Shown here: positions 8,850 to 18,279 of the stretch, one piece after another
Layout of the letters: the number at the start of each line of letters is the position of its first letter
Numbering within the stretch: position 1 is the stretch's first letter
IMG/VR virus record: IMGVR_UViG_3300046171_000231
Span: 124,001 to 188,000 of that record
Direction: 5' to 3' (one strand)
DNA: 64,000 nucleotides
The notes under the pieces: generated by a model
The model's input: only the letters and a program-made list of their open reading frames with translations
Database searches by the model: none
What the model was told of the DNA's origin: nothing
Made by a program: the position numbers and the translations under genes

Positions 8850-11154
8850 ACTCTTCCTCCTTTGCGTTACTTAATTCGTTTAATAAACATTCTAGTTTGT
8901 CACTCTTTTCATTTTCTAAGGTGTCACCAACTTCATCAGTTTTAATATCATAAGTGTTTTGGTAGTAAGATGTTTTCCAACCATATTTGTATGTGGTTAG
9001 AAAATCATTTGCCATTACACTAACTGGAACTTCTGAATTATCATAGTGTTGTGGATTGTACGACCAGTTCCCAGAAATCGCTTGGTCAAAGAACTTTTGC
9101 ATAACAGCAACAATATTAATATACCCTGTATTATCAGGCATATCCCAGAGCAACGTATAATTATTCTTTAAGGTATTGTAAGAGGGAACAATCTGCTTGA
9201 GAGGTCCTTTCTTTGACTTCTTGATTGAAAGATATCCTCTTGGAGGTTCTATACCATTAGTTGCGTTGCTAACAACGGAAGATGATTCCGAAGGCATTTG
9301 TGCGGATAATGTGCTGTTTCTTACACCGTATTTCTTTACATCCTGACGAAGAGATTCCCAGTCAAAGTTTAACTTATTTGGAACTAATTCATCAACATCT
9401 GTTTTGTAAGTATCGATTGGAAGTACACCGTGAGAATATTTAGTACGATCAGAATATTGACATGCACCTTTCTCTTTGGCTAGGTTCACAGTGGACTTTA
9501 TCAAATAATATTGGAATGCTTCTGTCAAGTCATGTACCAATTTCCATGCCTCTGGGTCTCCATAAGATACCCCTTGCTTGGCAAGGTAATGTGCTAGACC
9601 AATGTAACCAATTCCGAGGGAGCGTCTTGCTTTAGTAGCGACTTCTGCTGCTCCGACTGGGTATTGTTGAAAATCAATGAGTTCATCAAGACTCCGAACA
9701 CTAAGATCGCAAAGCATTTCAAAATCCGAAACATCCCTAATTTTGCCAATATTAATAGCAGAAAGGATACAGAGAGCAATTTCCCCAGTTTCATCGTCAA
9801 TATGTTGTATAGGTTTGGTTGGTAATGTAATTTCTTGACATAGATTACTCATCTCAACCTTATCAGTAAATGATGAGTGAGAATTGCAATGGTCAATATT
9901 CATTAAATATAGTCTACCAGTTTCTGCTCTTTCTTTCAATAGGTCGAGTATAAGTTCTTGAGCACCTATTGTTTTCTTTGGTATTGTGTCATCATTTTCA
10001 TACTTTAAGTATAGTTCATCAAAATCATCTGTACCAAAACTATCATAAAGCCCTGGCACATCATGAGGAGAAAACAGGGTAATCTCTTTATTCTCAATGA
10101 ACCTCTCATAAAATAATTTACTCAATTGAATACTATAGTCTAATTTACGAACTCTATTATCTTCTGTTCCCTTATTATTCTTTAGAACAATTATATCTTC
10201 TATTTCTTGGTGCCAGATTGGAAAGTGGACAGTTGCTGATCCACCTCTGATGCCATTTTGAGTGCAGCATCTGACAGTTGATTCAAACTTTTTAAGAAAC
10301 GGGACGACACCTGTGTGTTGAACTTCTCCACCCCTGATTTTAGCGTTGATCCCCCTGATCCTACCAGCGTTGATACCGATACCAGCCCTTTGTGCGACAT
10401 ACTTACCAATGGCCATGTCAGAACTAAAAATACTATCCAAGGTGTCGTCAATATCAACCAGAACGCAAGACGCATACTGCCGAAGGGGTGTACGGACTCC
10501 CGCCATGATTGGTGTTGGGATGTTGATTCTGTGTTTGGAAATGGCATCGTAATACTTTTTAACGTAATCTAATCGGATATCTGGTGAATACTTTGAAAAT
10601 ATAGAAGCAGATATCAAAAGATACATGAACTGTGGAGACTCATAAAGCAATCCTTCACTTCTATCTTGTACCAAATATTTATCGACTACTTGGCGAAGTC
10701 CAGCATATGTGAAGAGATAATCTCTTTCGTGGTCTATGAATGTTTCGAGTTTAACAAATTCCTCTTCAGAATACAAATCAAGTAACTCTTTGTCATATAC
10801 TCCTGCATCTACGCACTTCTTAACGTGATCAATAAGTTTTGGGTGGTCGTGTATTCTACCAAAGATTTGTTTACGAACAGAGTATAATAATAGTCTTGCT
10901 GCAACATATTGATAATTTGGATGATCTAAATCTATTAAATCACTTGCTGAACGGATTAATATTTCTTGTATCTCTCCAGTTGAAATACCATCATAGAACT
11001 GTATACCTGATTGTATCTCTACTTGACTTGCAGAGACCCCTGCAAGACCCTTACACGCTTCTTCTACCATTACGTGCATCTTTTCAAGGTTCAATGGTTC
11101 AATAGCACCATTTCTCTTTTTAACCTTTGTTCCGTTGGTCATATTTTTTTCCAA
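8830..11154 (-). CDS. nrdA: Ribonucleotide reductase class Ia alpha subunit
   Basis: N-terminal ATP cone; PTPIMAG, SCVL, SNLCQEI and PSESSS motifs. Confidence 0.97.
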   Translation of the reverse strand: MEKNMTNGTKVKKRNGAIEPLNLEKMHVMVEEACKGLAGVSASQVEIQSGIQFYDGISTGEIQEILIRSASDLIDLDHPNYQYVAARLLLYSVRKQIFGRIHDHPKLIDHVKKCVDAGVYDKELLDLYSEEEFVKLETFIDHERDYLFTYAGLRQVVDKYLVQDRSEGLLYESPQFMYLLISASIFSKYSPDIRLDYVKKYYDAISKHRINIPTPIMAGVRTPLRQYASCVLVDIDDTLDSIFSSDMAIGKYVAQRAGIGINAGRIRGINAKIRGGEVQHTGVVPFLKKFESTVRCCTQNGIRGGSATVHFPIWHQEIEDIIVLKNNKGTEDNRVRKLDYSIQLSKLFYERFIENKEITLFSPHDVPGLYDSFGTDDFDELYLKYENDDTIPKKTIGAQELILDLLKERAETGRLYLMNIDHCNSHSSFTDKVEMSNLCQEITLPTKPIQHIDDETGEIALCILSAINIGKIRDVSDFEMLCDLSVRSLDELIDFQQYPVGAAEVATKARRSLGIGYIGLAHYLAKQGVSYGDPEAWKLVHDLTEAFQYYLIKSTVNLAKEKGACQYSDRTKYSHGVLPIDTYKTDVDELVPNKLNFDWESLRQDVKKYGVRNSTLSAQMPSESSSVVSNATNGIEPPRGYLSIKKSKKGPLKQIVPSYNTLKNNYTLLWDMPDNTGYINIVAVMQKFFDQAISGNWSYNPQHYDNSEVPVSVMANDFLTTYKYGWKTSYYQNTYDIKTDEVGDTLENEKSDKLECLLNELSNAKEEECESCSI

Positions 11155-12113
11155 TTGTTAAATTTTACTTTTGCTTGTAAACCAGAGTATGTATTTGATT
11201 CTAGCACACTCATGATTTTGTGTCCACCCAATACCATATCGTTGATGTCCTTTTCAACAATAGACGTTGGCCAGATTACTACTTTGTATCCTCCATTAAT
11301 GGTTTTGTCGATTCTGTTGACGATTTCTCTGTTGCGAGGTTCATTATCATAAACGTAAATACAATCGCTCCAACCAAACGACCTAATATCAAGATCGGAG
11401 CCGCACATAGCAACACCGTTTTGTACCAAGGTCGCATCGAAGGGTCCTTCAATGATGTATATGGGTTTTTCATTATCAACTTTATCGAGTCCATAAATTT
11501 TTGGAGCATCTTCATTAATCATCACAGTGATATATTTAACAGAGTTAGGACCTAGACTCCTGCCTTGAAATCCGATCAAATTCTTTTCTGTATCATGTAG
11601 TGGTATTATGATACGTGATTCTTCCCTACCGATAGTGTCAAAGGTCTGTTTTTGTGTATTTGCCCACTCTTTAAACTTATGTGCAAAGTAAAATTTTGAT
11701 GGGTCTAATTTTCTCTTTTCAAGATATTCCTTTGCAATCGGAACTTCAGTTGCCTTTGGTAAATCTAACTTCTTTCTGAATACTGGTTTCTTAAATTCTA
11801 ATTTTGGTTCATCAACAACGAAGTTTCTACCACCTGCAAACCCTTCTTTAAACTTCTCCATAGTGTATTGTTTATGAAGAGTTGCATCTATTTGTTTTAG
11901 AAAATTATTAAATGAAGAACTTGCACCGCAGTTATGGCACTTGAAGTTTGTATTTGTCTTAACCTGATAGAAATATCCTCTTGCTTTATTCTTATGTTTT
12001 TGAGAGTCACCACAAATCGGACAACGAAAGTTAAAGAGATTTGGTTTAACTCTTTTAAACTTCTGAAGTCTTGAGGATACGAGACCAATATACTTGGAAT
12101 CAATTATATCCAT
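11139..12113 (-). CDS. gp61: DNA primase (T4 gp61)
   Basis: CPICGDS...CHNC zinc finger; EGPFD and DNEPRN TOPRIM motifs. Confidence 0.95.
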   Translation of the reverse strand: MDIIDSKYIGLVSSRLQKFKRVKPNLFNFRCPICGDSQKHKNKARGYFYQVKTNTNFKCHNCGASSSFNNFLKQIDATLHKQYTMEKFKEGFAGGRNFVVDEPKLEFKKPVFRKKLDLPKATEVPIAKEYLEKRKLDPSKFYFAHKFKEWANTQKQTFDTIGREESRIIIPLHDTEKNLIGFQGRSLGPNSVKYITVMINEDAPKIYGLDKVDNEKPIYIIEGPFDATLVQNGVAMCGSDLDIRSFGWSDCIYVYDNEPRNREIVNRIDKTINGGYKVVIWPTSIVEKDINDMVLGGHKIMSVLESNTYSGLQAKVKFNNWKKI

Positions 12114-12586
12114 TACTCACCTAAAGTGTGTACCACTGGTTTCTCGTGCATCAATACCTTGTATAACTTATGAGTATCTGCACAGGATACTGGTATAAAC
12201 TCGGTTTCACTATCAAAACCTTCATACCTATGAGATTGATTGATGACAATAGAACCCTTTTCTCCTGATACTGACCTATGATAAGTCAGTTTAGGTATAA
12301 GTAGAGCACCACTGGCACGATTAAGATGAACTATATGATATGGATACTTCCAATCAAAGTTAACTAACTCAAACTGTCTTTGACCAGAGACAACCCTATT
12401 ATAGTCGTCCTGATACTTGTGTATATAAAATTGCTTCGCACCCACTCTATCGTTCGGTGGTGATGTTGCAGCACCTGTATGAACAACTAAATCAGAAGCA
12501 TTTGATTCTTCAACTGATATATCATAAAAGATCACATCATCTGTTTCACGAAACACTCTGTGCTTCTTGAAATGAACTTCACTCAT
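12113..12586 (-). CDS. Cupin-fold hypothetical protein
   Basis: FYIHKYQDD and LLIPKLTYHRS cupin-like His motifs. Confidence 0.55.
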   Translation of the reverse strand: MSEVHFKKHRVFRETDDVIFYDISVEESNASDLVVHTGAATSPPNDRVGAKQFYIHKYQDDYNRVVSGQRQFELVNFDWKYPYHIVHLNRASGALLIPKLTYHRSVSGEKGSIVINQSHRYEGFDSETEFIPVSCADTHKLYKVLMHEKPVVHTLGE

Positions 12587-12596
12587 TGTATAGTAA

Positions 12597-13001
12597 TTAC
12601 TTTTCTACTATTATACTTGATTGTGGTGGCACTGTCAATGATCTCATAAATCTCTGTCCGATAGGAGATACTACAAAACTAATCACAGTTAATGCACCTG
12701 CGATTGTCCACATCTTTTTCTCCATCATACGGAGTCTTTGGTCAACTAAACGTATATCTCTTTCACATCCTTTCTTAATTTCATTGGTTGCACGATCCAT
12801 ATCCTTGTGCAATCCATCTATTTTCTCAAATAAAACTGCATCAATACGATCTTGCTTATCTAATTTCTCATTATGTACAGCAAGAAGTTCGCCCATCTTT
12901 ACAGAATTTTCCTGTAATGATTGAACTACTTTCTCTAATCTTTCTAAAATAGCAGCGTTTACACCCGTATTATCGTCCACTTTGAGTATTTTTACCTTCA
13001 A
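12597..13001 (-). CDS. Coiled-coil protein with C-terminal transmembrane segment
   Basis: Heptad-rich sequence followed by WTIAGALTVISFVV. Confidence 0.65.
   Translation of the reverse strand: MKVKILKVDDNTGVNAAILERLEKVVQSLQENSVKMGELLAVHNEKLDKQDRIDAVLFEKIDGLHKDMDRATNEIKKGCERDIRLVDQRLRMMEKKMWTIAGALTVISFVVSPIGQRFMRSLTVPPQSSIIVEK
12610..12638 (-). promoter_or_regulatory. Consensus sigma70-type promoter for the cupin-primase-nrdAB operon
   Basis: TTGACA-17 nt-TATAAT embedded in the last codons of the upstream ORF. Confidence 0.85.
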
Positions 13002-13002
13002 T

Positions 13003-13424
13003 TTATTTATTATTCATCCACATTTTACGAGAACCTGTCCCACCATAAGCATATGTCTTTTTCTTTTTCTTTACAGGAGGTTCATCACCTGCCTCTACTG
13101 AACCTGCAATACCACCACCACTCATAGAGTTTGCTATCGCTACTTCTTCTTTACGAAAATTCTTTATTGCACTAGTTACCTTTTCTTTCGGAGTCATTCT
13201 AGAATCAGCAAATTTTTCTGTAGGGTCTGGTTTTGATTTAATGTTTAGTAAAAATCTAGCAGGGACAGTTGCCATTTTACCAGCATCTATAACTCTCTTT
13301 TTAAGAGATTTACCTTTTGCTTTAGACAGTGATTGCAGTCAGTACCACCACCTCCACCACCAAGACTCATCACTGGTGGAACTTTTTTATTCATCTCTTC
13401 TTGAAATTCACTGAAGGATTTCAT
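13003..13424 (-). CDS. Hypothetical late protein, single-base frameshift near 13340
   Basis: Starts MKSFSEFQEE... at an ATGA overlap with the upstream stop; a 1-nt shift joins LQSLSKAKGKSLKKRVIDAGK to the track ORF 13003..13275. Confidence 0.55.
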
Positions 13425-13765
13425 TCTCCTCCACCTCCTCCATTACCACCGCCACCGTTGCCACCGCCACCGTTGCCACCGCCATTTCCACCACCGTTAC
13501 CACCGTTTCCATTACCACCATTACCATTGCCATTACCACCATTACCATTTCCGTTGCCATTACCATTATCACCATTACCACTATCGGAACGATTATCTCC
13601 TCCACGACCATATCCACCCATATAATATCCTCTTACACCATATCCTTTTCCTTTTCTCTTAATAGGGACGCAAGACTTCAACTTCTTGCTATACTTAAAT
13701 CCTTTCGGACACTTAGCCTTCTTCTTTGCTTCTCTTAAATTTTGTATGACTCTATCGATGTCCAT
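13421..13765 (-). CDS. Protein with Gly/Asn-rich low-complexity tail
   Basis: Basic N-terminus followed by GNGNG/GGNGG repeats. Confidence 0.65.
   Translation of the reverse strand: MDIDRVIQNLREAKKKAKCPKGFKYSKKLKSCVPIKRKGKGYGVRGYYMGGYGRGGDNRSDSGNGDNGNGNGNGNGGNGNGNGGNGNGGNGGGNGGGNGGGGNGGGGNGGGGGE
13430..13580. repeat. Degenerate Gly/Asn-coding microsatellite (CCACCG/CCATTA units)
   Basis: Tandem cca-tta-cca-ccg-ttg runs visible directly. Confidence 0.8.
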
Positions 13766-14136
13766 TAGAGATTGTTGAGTTGATCGAGACAGTCTTGATC
13801 TACATCAATTGTGTCTACTTTTGTTTTTGGATATTCTGGTATCCGTTTTAAAAAAACTAAAAAACTCTTGACGATTGGCCAGAGTTCTTCTTCTAAATTA
13901 TAAAATAATAAAGGAACTGCAGCATCATGAAAAACATTAAACAATATAATTAAATGATTCATAATCAAATGAATCTTCAACTCTCCAGTATTCTTATACC
14001 TTTTAAGCAATCTTTTAATATAACGAATCCTCTTCAAGTCACTTTCAAAGTCATCTTTGGTAACTGCTTGAGGATTGTCATAGAATTTTATAGCGAAGAG
14101 CATATAGTTGCTCTCATTCAATTCATCAAATCTCAT
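13765..14136 (-). CDS. Conserved T4-like phage hypothetical protein
   Basis: FAIKFYDNP...F..DLKRIRYIKRLLKRY...HLIMNHLIILFNVF pattern, familiar from T4-like myoviruses. Confidence 0.7.
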   Translation of the reverse strand: MRFDELNESNYMLFAIKFYDNPQAVTKDDFESDLKRIRYIKRLLKRYKNTGELKIHLIMNHLIILFNVFHDAAVPLLFYNLEEELWPIVKSFLVFLKRIPEYPKTKVDTIDVDQDCLDQLNNL

Positions 14137-14146
14137 ATTATGTCAT

Positions 14147-14431
14147 TTAACTATCTGGGAGAATGGTGTCATCGGATGCATCACCAGTAATTGAACTACA
14201 AGAAACTATCGTTTCAGTCTTAACTCTTAAATTACCGTGCATATCCATGTAAGTTGTAATACCTACATATCCTGCGTGTGCAGGAGTATACTGAGAACCA
14301 GCAGTATTTGCTACTCCTTGTTCAGTAGTATCTACACCATACATCGTGAAGTTGGACGAATCCATACCTTCATGATGTGATGTAAACTTCGGTTCACCAG
14401 CAGTATTATCAGTTTTTCCCCAGAGAGACAT
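14147..14431 (-). CDS. Probable virion structural protein
   Basis: MSLWG start and GNLRVKTETIV motif; paralogous start with the adjacent gene. Confidence 0.6.
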   Translation of the reverse strand: MSLWGKTDNTAGEPKFTSHHEGMDSSNFTMYGVDTTEQGVANTAGSQYTPAHAGYVGITTYMDMHGNLRVKTETIVSCSSITGDASDDTILPDS

Positions 14432-14465
14432 AATTATACCTCGTTAATATATTATATAGTTGTTA

Positions 14466-15059
14466 TTATGCAACAACTGTAACTGTTCCAGCAGCAGTAC
14501 CAATACTAGCAGCAGAAGTAATTGTAGATGCAGTGTTTGTTCCAGCATCCTTAATTGTTCCACTATTCAAGTTCATTGGGTTTGTTCCAATTGAAAGAAC
14601 ATCATCTGCGTTAGTTGCAGCGTTTGCAGCAGCAATTGCTAATGTAAATACTAATTCATTAGTACCTGTACCAGATGCATAAGGTAAGTTATGTGGTCCA
14701 CGACCTGAACCTGTACCTTGGTTTCCGTTTGTAACTGCTAAGTATGGAGTACCACCTGATGTATCAACATCAACTGCCTCGTTAAATCTAGCACGAACAG
14801 ATAAACTAAATCCAGCTGACTTATCAGCAGTAGTTGTAATCCATTCAATTTCTGTGATATCAGCAGCACCAATAGATGTTGTTAATTCACCGATTGCAAC
14901 CAGAACTTCTGGTGTTGCACTTGTATTATCGTTACCACTAAGAGATGAACCAGCTTCCAACACCCAACCACTTGAGTTTGCGAATACTAGTTTCTTCTCA
15001 GCAGTGGTCAAATTCTTAGGTTTTGACTCATCTGAGTCTGTTGCTCCCCATAAAGACAT
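14466..15059 (-). CDS. Probable virion structural protein (Ig-like, Thr/Ala/Gly-rich)
   Basis: MSLWG start, SGWVL, FNEAVDV, YASGTGTNELVF; TATAAATA at 15087-15094. Confidence 0.65.
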   Translation of the reverse strand: MSLWGATDSDESKPKNLTTAEKKLVFANSSGWVLEAGSSLSGNDNTSATPEVLVAIGELTTSIGAADITEIEWITTTADKSAGFSLSVRARFNEAVDVDTSGGTPYLAVTNGNQGTGSGRGPHNLPYASGTGTNELVFTLAIAAANAATNADDVLSIGTNPMNLNSGTIKDAGTNTASTITSAASIGTAAGTVTVVA

Positions 15060-15094
15060 GATTCTCTGTATTATTATTATCAGAGATATTTATA

Positions 15095-15289
15095 TTATCT
15101 TGTCTTTATTGCTGCCTCTACTTGTTCAAGTAACTTGTCATCCATCTCAGTTTTAGTTAATTTAACTGCTTTTTTAAGGATAACTAGGCATAAATCGATA
15201 AGTTTTTCTCCCAATTCTGCATCGTCGGGAATCTTGTCAATAGCATCTGATACAATCTTGGATGCGATTGGTAATAAAAATGAAAACAT
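15095..15289 (-). CDS. Small hypothetical protein
   Basis: 64-aa amphipathic ORF. Confidence 0.6.
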   Translation of the reverse strand: MFSFLLPIASKIVSDAIDKIPDDAELGEKLIDLCLVILKKAVKLTKTEMDDKLLEQVEAAIKTR

Positions 15290-15317
15290 TGTTAATAATA
15301 AGAACTATATTATATAG

Positions 15318-16793
15318 CTATGGTCTGCCTGGTGCCATGTTTGAGGGGTTGGCAGTTCCTGGTCCGTATGGATTATACTTTGGTTTTCTTGTCTTAGGTG
15401 CTGTATCTTTTTTAATTTCACCTGATGGTTCTTTCTTCTTTTTAGTTCCATCTTCATTATATGGACTATTCTTTCCACCTGGTCTCATAATATCAAATGC
15501 AGGGTCATCCTTTGCAGGAGTTCTTTCTGTATTCTTTGGTGCATTATCTCTTTTAGGTGCACCGTGTGTTGGTGTTCCATCTTTTCTAATTATTGTTTCA
15601 TCTATCTTCTCTTCACAAGCATCAACTGCCATCACCATTGGATCTCTTTGACCAGCAGCACGAAGTTTATTCTTGATTAAATTAATCATTGCATACTTGC
15701 TACGAAGATCTGGTTTCTCTTCTTCTTTCTCATCTTCTTTCTTCACAGAAGTTTTAGTCATCATACTCGATACTTTATCTTTCTTTGCTAATTCTTCCTT
15801 TTTCTTTTTCTCATCATACATTTCTATCATTCTTTTCTGTGCTTCAGAAAGAGTAGAACCTTTTAAAAGATGATGAGCATATTGCATACTCTTAGTTTTC
15901 TTCTCCTCTTCTTTTTGAGGATCAGGAGAAAGTGTTACAGCACCTGATGCATAATTGTCAACACCTTTACCAGTTATTTTATCTTTTCCTCTTGGTTCTG
16001 TTGAGATAGTTCCATCTGCTAAGTATGCTTCTGCTTGAGTACGAATTGCTTTACCAATTGCCTTCCTTCTTTTCATAAGATACTTATCAGATTTATTCAC
16101 CTTACCATCATTATTAACATCAGCATCTTCTTTTCCAACTGGATCTAATCCACCACCTTTTGCTTTTGCAGTCATACTACCTTTCTTTCTTTCACCTTCA
16201 TATGGTTCACCGTGGTCTGTCATCTCAACAGATTCAATATTAGGATTACCACGAAGTTCTGTAATCTTAGCACGGTCTGCAAATCTTACATATGATTTAC
16301 CATTCTTATCTGTAACTCTTACTTTATATTTCTGACCAGGTTCTTCATCTAACTGTTGTAGATATGCAAGTTCAAGTTCTTTCTCCGAATCATTCTTTTC
16401 TACGAATACCTTATATAATGCATTTGCAACACCATCAACTGCTAATTCATCTGCACTGTTAATATACTTCTCTGACATACCACCAGTCTTACCAAATAGT
16501 TTTTCTCTAACAGCAGTTCTTTCTGCCTGACCTAATGAACTGTTAGACATATATTGAGCGAAAGCAGCTTTCAAATCTATATCTTCTCTTCTTGCACGAT
16601 ATCTAATATCATAAACTGCCTGACGAATTTTCTTTTCAGAACCTTCTTCAGACGCACCTTTTCCACCACCACCTTTTGCTGCTGGTTTTCCACCACCTTT
16701 CGCTTCAAGAGGTGCAGATTTTCCTTTAGATTTTGCCATTGCAGCAGGTGCAAACTTTCTTGCTGGAAGACTTTCAGCTATATCAGTGCTCAT
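15318..16793 (-). CDS. Late virion-associated protein with a dockerin/EF-hand-like loop
   Basis: DADVNNDGKVNKSDKYL motif; TATAAATA at 16825-16832. Confidence 0.6.
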   Translation of the reverse strand: MSTDIAESLPARKFAPAAMAKSKGKSAPLEAKGGGKPAAKGGGGKGASEEGSEKKIRQAVYDIRYRARREDIDLKAAFAQYMSNSSLGQAERTAVREKLFGKTGGMSEKYINSADELAVDGVANALYKVFVEKNDSEKELELAYLQQLDEEPGQKYKVRVTDKNGKSYVRFADRAKITELRGNPNIESVEMTDHGEPYEGERKKGSMTAKAKGGGLDPVGKEDADVNNDGKVNKSDKYLMKRRKAIGKAIRTQAEAYLADGTISTEPRGKDKITGKGVDNYASGAVTLSPDPQKEEEKKTKSMQYAHHLLKGSTLSEAQKRMIEMYDEKKKKEELAKKDKVSSMMTKTSVKKEDEKEEEKPDLRSKYAMINLIKNKLRAAGQRDPMVMAVDACEEKIDETIIRKDGTPTHGAPKRDNAPKNTERTPAKDDPAFDIMRPGGKNSPYNEDGTKKKKEPSGEIKKDTAPKTRKPKYNPYGPGTANPSNMAPGRP

Positions 16794-16804
16794 TTTAATG
16801 ATAA

Positions 16805-18076
16805 TTACTTTCTAACTTTATATTTATTTATAAATTGAAATCCATAAGAACTTCCAGGAACCATAGTTTCGACGTATTTACGGAGTTTATCAGTGCCAGT
16901 TAATCTCTGATCTGCTGAAACACCCGATGGAGTTGTTGCATTTACAACTGCTTCTTGCAAATCTTTCACCCAAGATTTAAACATTATATTATTCTCTGCA
17001 ACACATATCAAATGATTTGCACCACGACGAATAATACGTCCTATTAGACCTGTATTTAAGTTTTCAACTTTATCACCAATATTAAAAATCTCCTTCTTAA
17101 CGTATGATTCTCTTAAATTTTCTGTATCATATTTTGGTGCAATCTCCCATATATTCCAAAACTCTTTCATCTCCTTAACATTCATTGTTTGTCTTACTGT
17201 ATCAAACAATGTCATTGCCATTTTTCTTGGAGTGTCTTCTGGTAATCCTGCACGGAATGATTTGAAATCTCCTTCTGCTGCTGCAAGTCTCATTCTTGAA
17301 GATGATAAACCTTCCATACCTTCTGCATCAGGATCACGATCACCTGATGAAACAACTTCCATATTATCGAATTGATAGAGTTGACCATTATAATTTTGTG
17401 ATAATTTATCAAACTCTTTTACACGATCCTGTCCTGCGACTATTCTAACATTAGTATATCCATCATTATGTGCTTTCTTTAATACATCAAAAATAGTACG
17501 ATTCGCTCCGTCATTTATAATTCTTTCACTGTGTTGTGGGAACATTTGTCTCATCATTGATACTTTAGTGTCAGCATCAAGTGGATTTTTCTTAGGATCT
17601 TGTGACCTTGATGGGACAATTATATAATCACTTTCTTCTTGCTCTGCTGATTGTGCAGCTATATCCATTAATTGTTGATGACCTGCGTGTGGTGGATTAA
17701 ATCTACCAAATGCAAGAGTTAATGTTCCTTTTGTTTTTTCAACTGGTGGCGGACCTGCTGCTAAATCGGGACTTTGAACTTGTTGTTGCTGCTGCTGTTG
17801 ATCTGGTGCAGGTTCTTGTTGTGGTGCTTGTTGACCCTCTGGTGGAACCTCCATATTAGGATCAGATAAATTCTTTTCCTTTTCTGATTGCTCTGGATCT
17901 TTTCCACCTACTTTCTGTCTCTTATTATAAAACTTTAACTTACCTTTCTCTGTCTTCGCTACAAATTCTCCTGTATTTCTATCAGTCCATCCACCATGAC
18001 CGTCACCAACTAAACCCAATCTTGCTGCTTGTTGGGTTGCAGTGCTCTCAGTAATAAATTGTAAAAATGATTTCAT
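16805..18076 (-). CDS. Cytidylyltransferase-like (HIGH-family) nucleotidyltransferase
   Basis: FGRFNPPHAGH (HxGH), VAGQDR and LSSSRMR motifs. Confidence 0.85.
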   Translation of the reverse strand: MKSFLQFITESTATQQAARLGLVGDGHGGWTDRNTGEFVAKTEKGKLKFYNKRQKVGGKDPEQSEKEKNLSDPNMEVPPEGQQAPQQEPAPDQQQQQQQVQSPDLAAGPPPVEKTKGTLTLAFGRFNPPHAGHQQLMDIAAQSAEQEESDYIIVPSRSQDPKKNPLDADTKVSMMRQMFPQHSERIINDGANRTIFDVLKKAHNDGYTNVRIVAGQDRVKEFDKLSQNYNGQLYQFDNMEVVSSGDRDPDAEGMEGLSSSRMRLAAAEGDFKSFRAGLPEDTPRKMAMTLFDTVRQTMNVKEMKEFWNIWEIAPKYDTENLRESYVKKEIFNIGDKVENLNTGLIGRIIRRGANHLICVAENNIMFKSWVKDLQEAVVNATTPSGVSADQRLTGTDKLRKYVETMVPGSSYGFQFINKYKVRK

Positions 18077-18279
18077 CAGTCTTTTATTAGTTTCAATAAG
18101 ATTTCATTCTTATTGTGCGTCATATACTCAAGAATAGACGCTCTGGTATGTTTATATTTATCATCTTTGTCAGCACCCAATATTCTATAAGAAAAAAACA
18201 TAAAGTTATCGTAGATATTTCCTCGGATAATTTTTTGTTTTTTAAACTGAATTATTAGTGATTCAATTAAATCATTCAT
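18076..18279 (-). CDS. Hypothetical protein
   Basis: 67-aa ORF coupled to both neighbours. Confidence 0.55.
   Translation of the reverse strand: MNDLIESLIIQFKKQKIIRGNIYDNFMFFSYRILGADKDDKYKHTRASILEYMTHNKNEILLKLIKD

Noticed and set aside
7656-11154. Introns, inteins or homing endonucleases in nrdA/nrdB (also checked gp43, gp41)
   Set aside because: Protein lengths and motif spacing are typical and show no insertions
13329-13625. Pro-rich plus-strand ORF
   Set aside because: Reverse complement of the Gly-rich repeat gene
15262-15651. 129-aa plus-strand ORF and the many other antisense/alternative-frame ORFs in the track (e.g., 11011..11352, 24187..24618, 28147..28584, 56044..56493)
   Set aside because: Shadows of well-supported minus-strand genes, with no motifs, RBS or promoters
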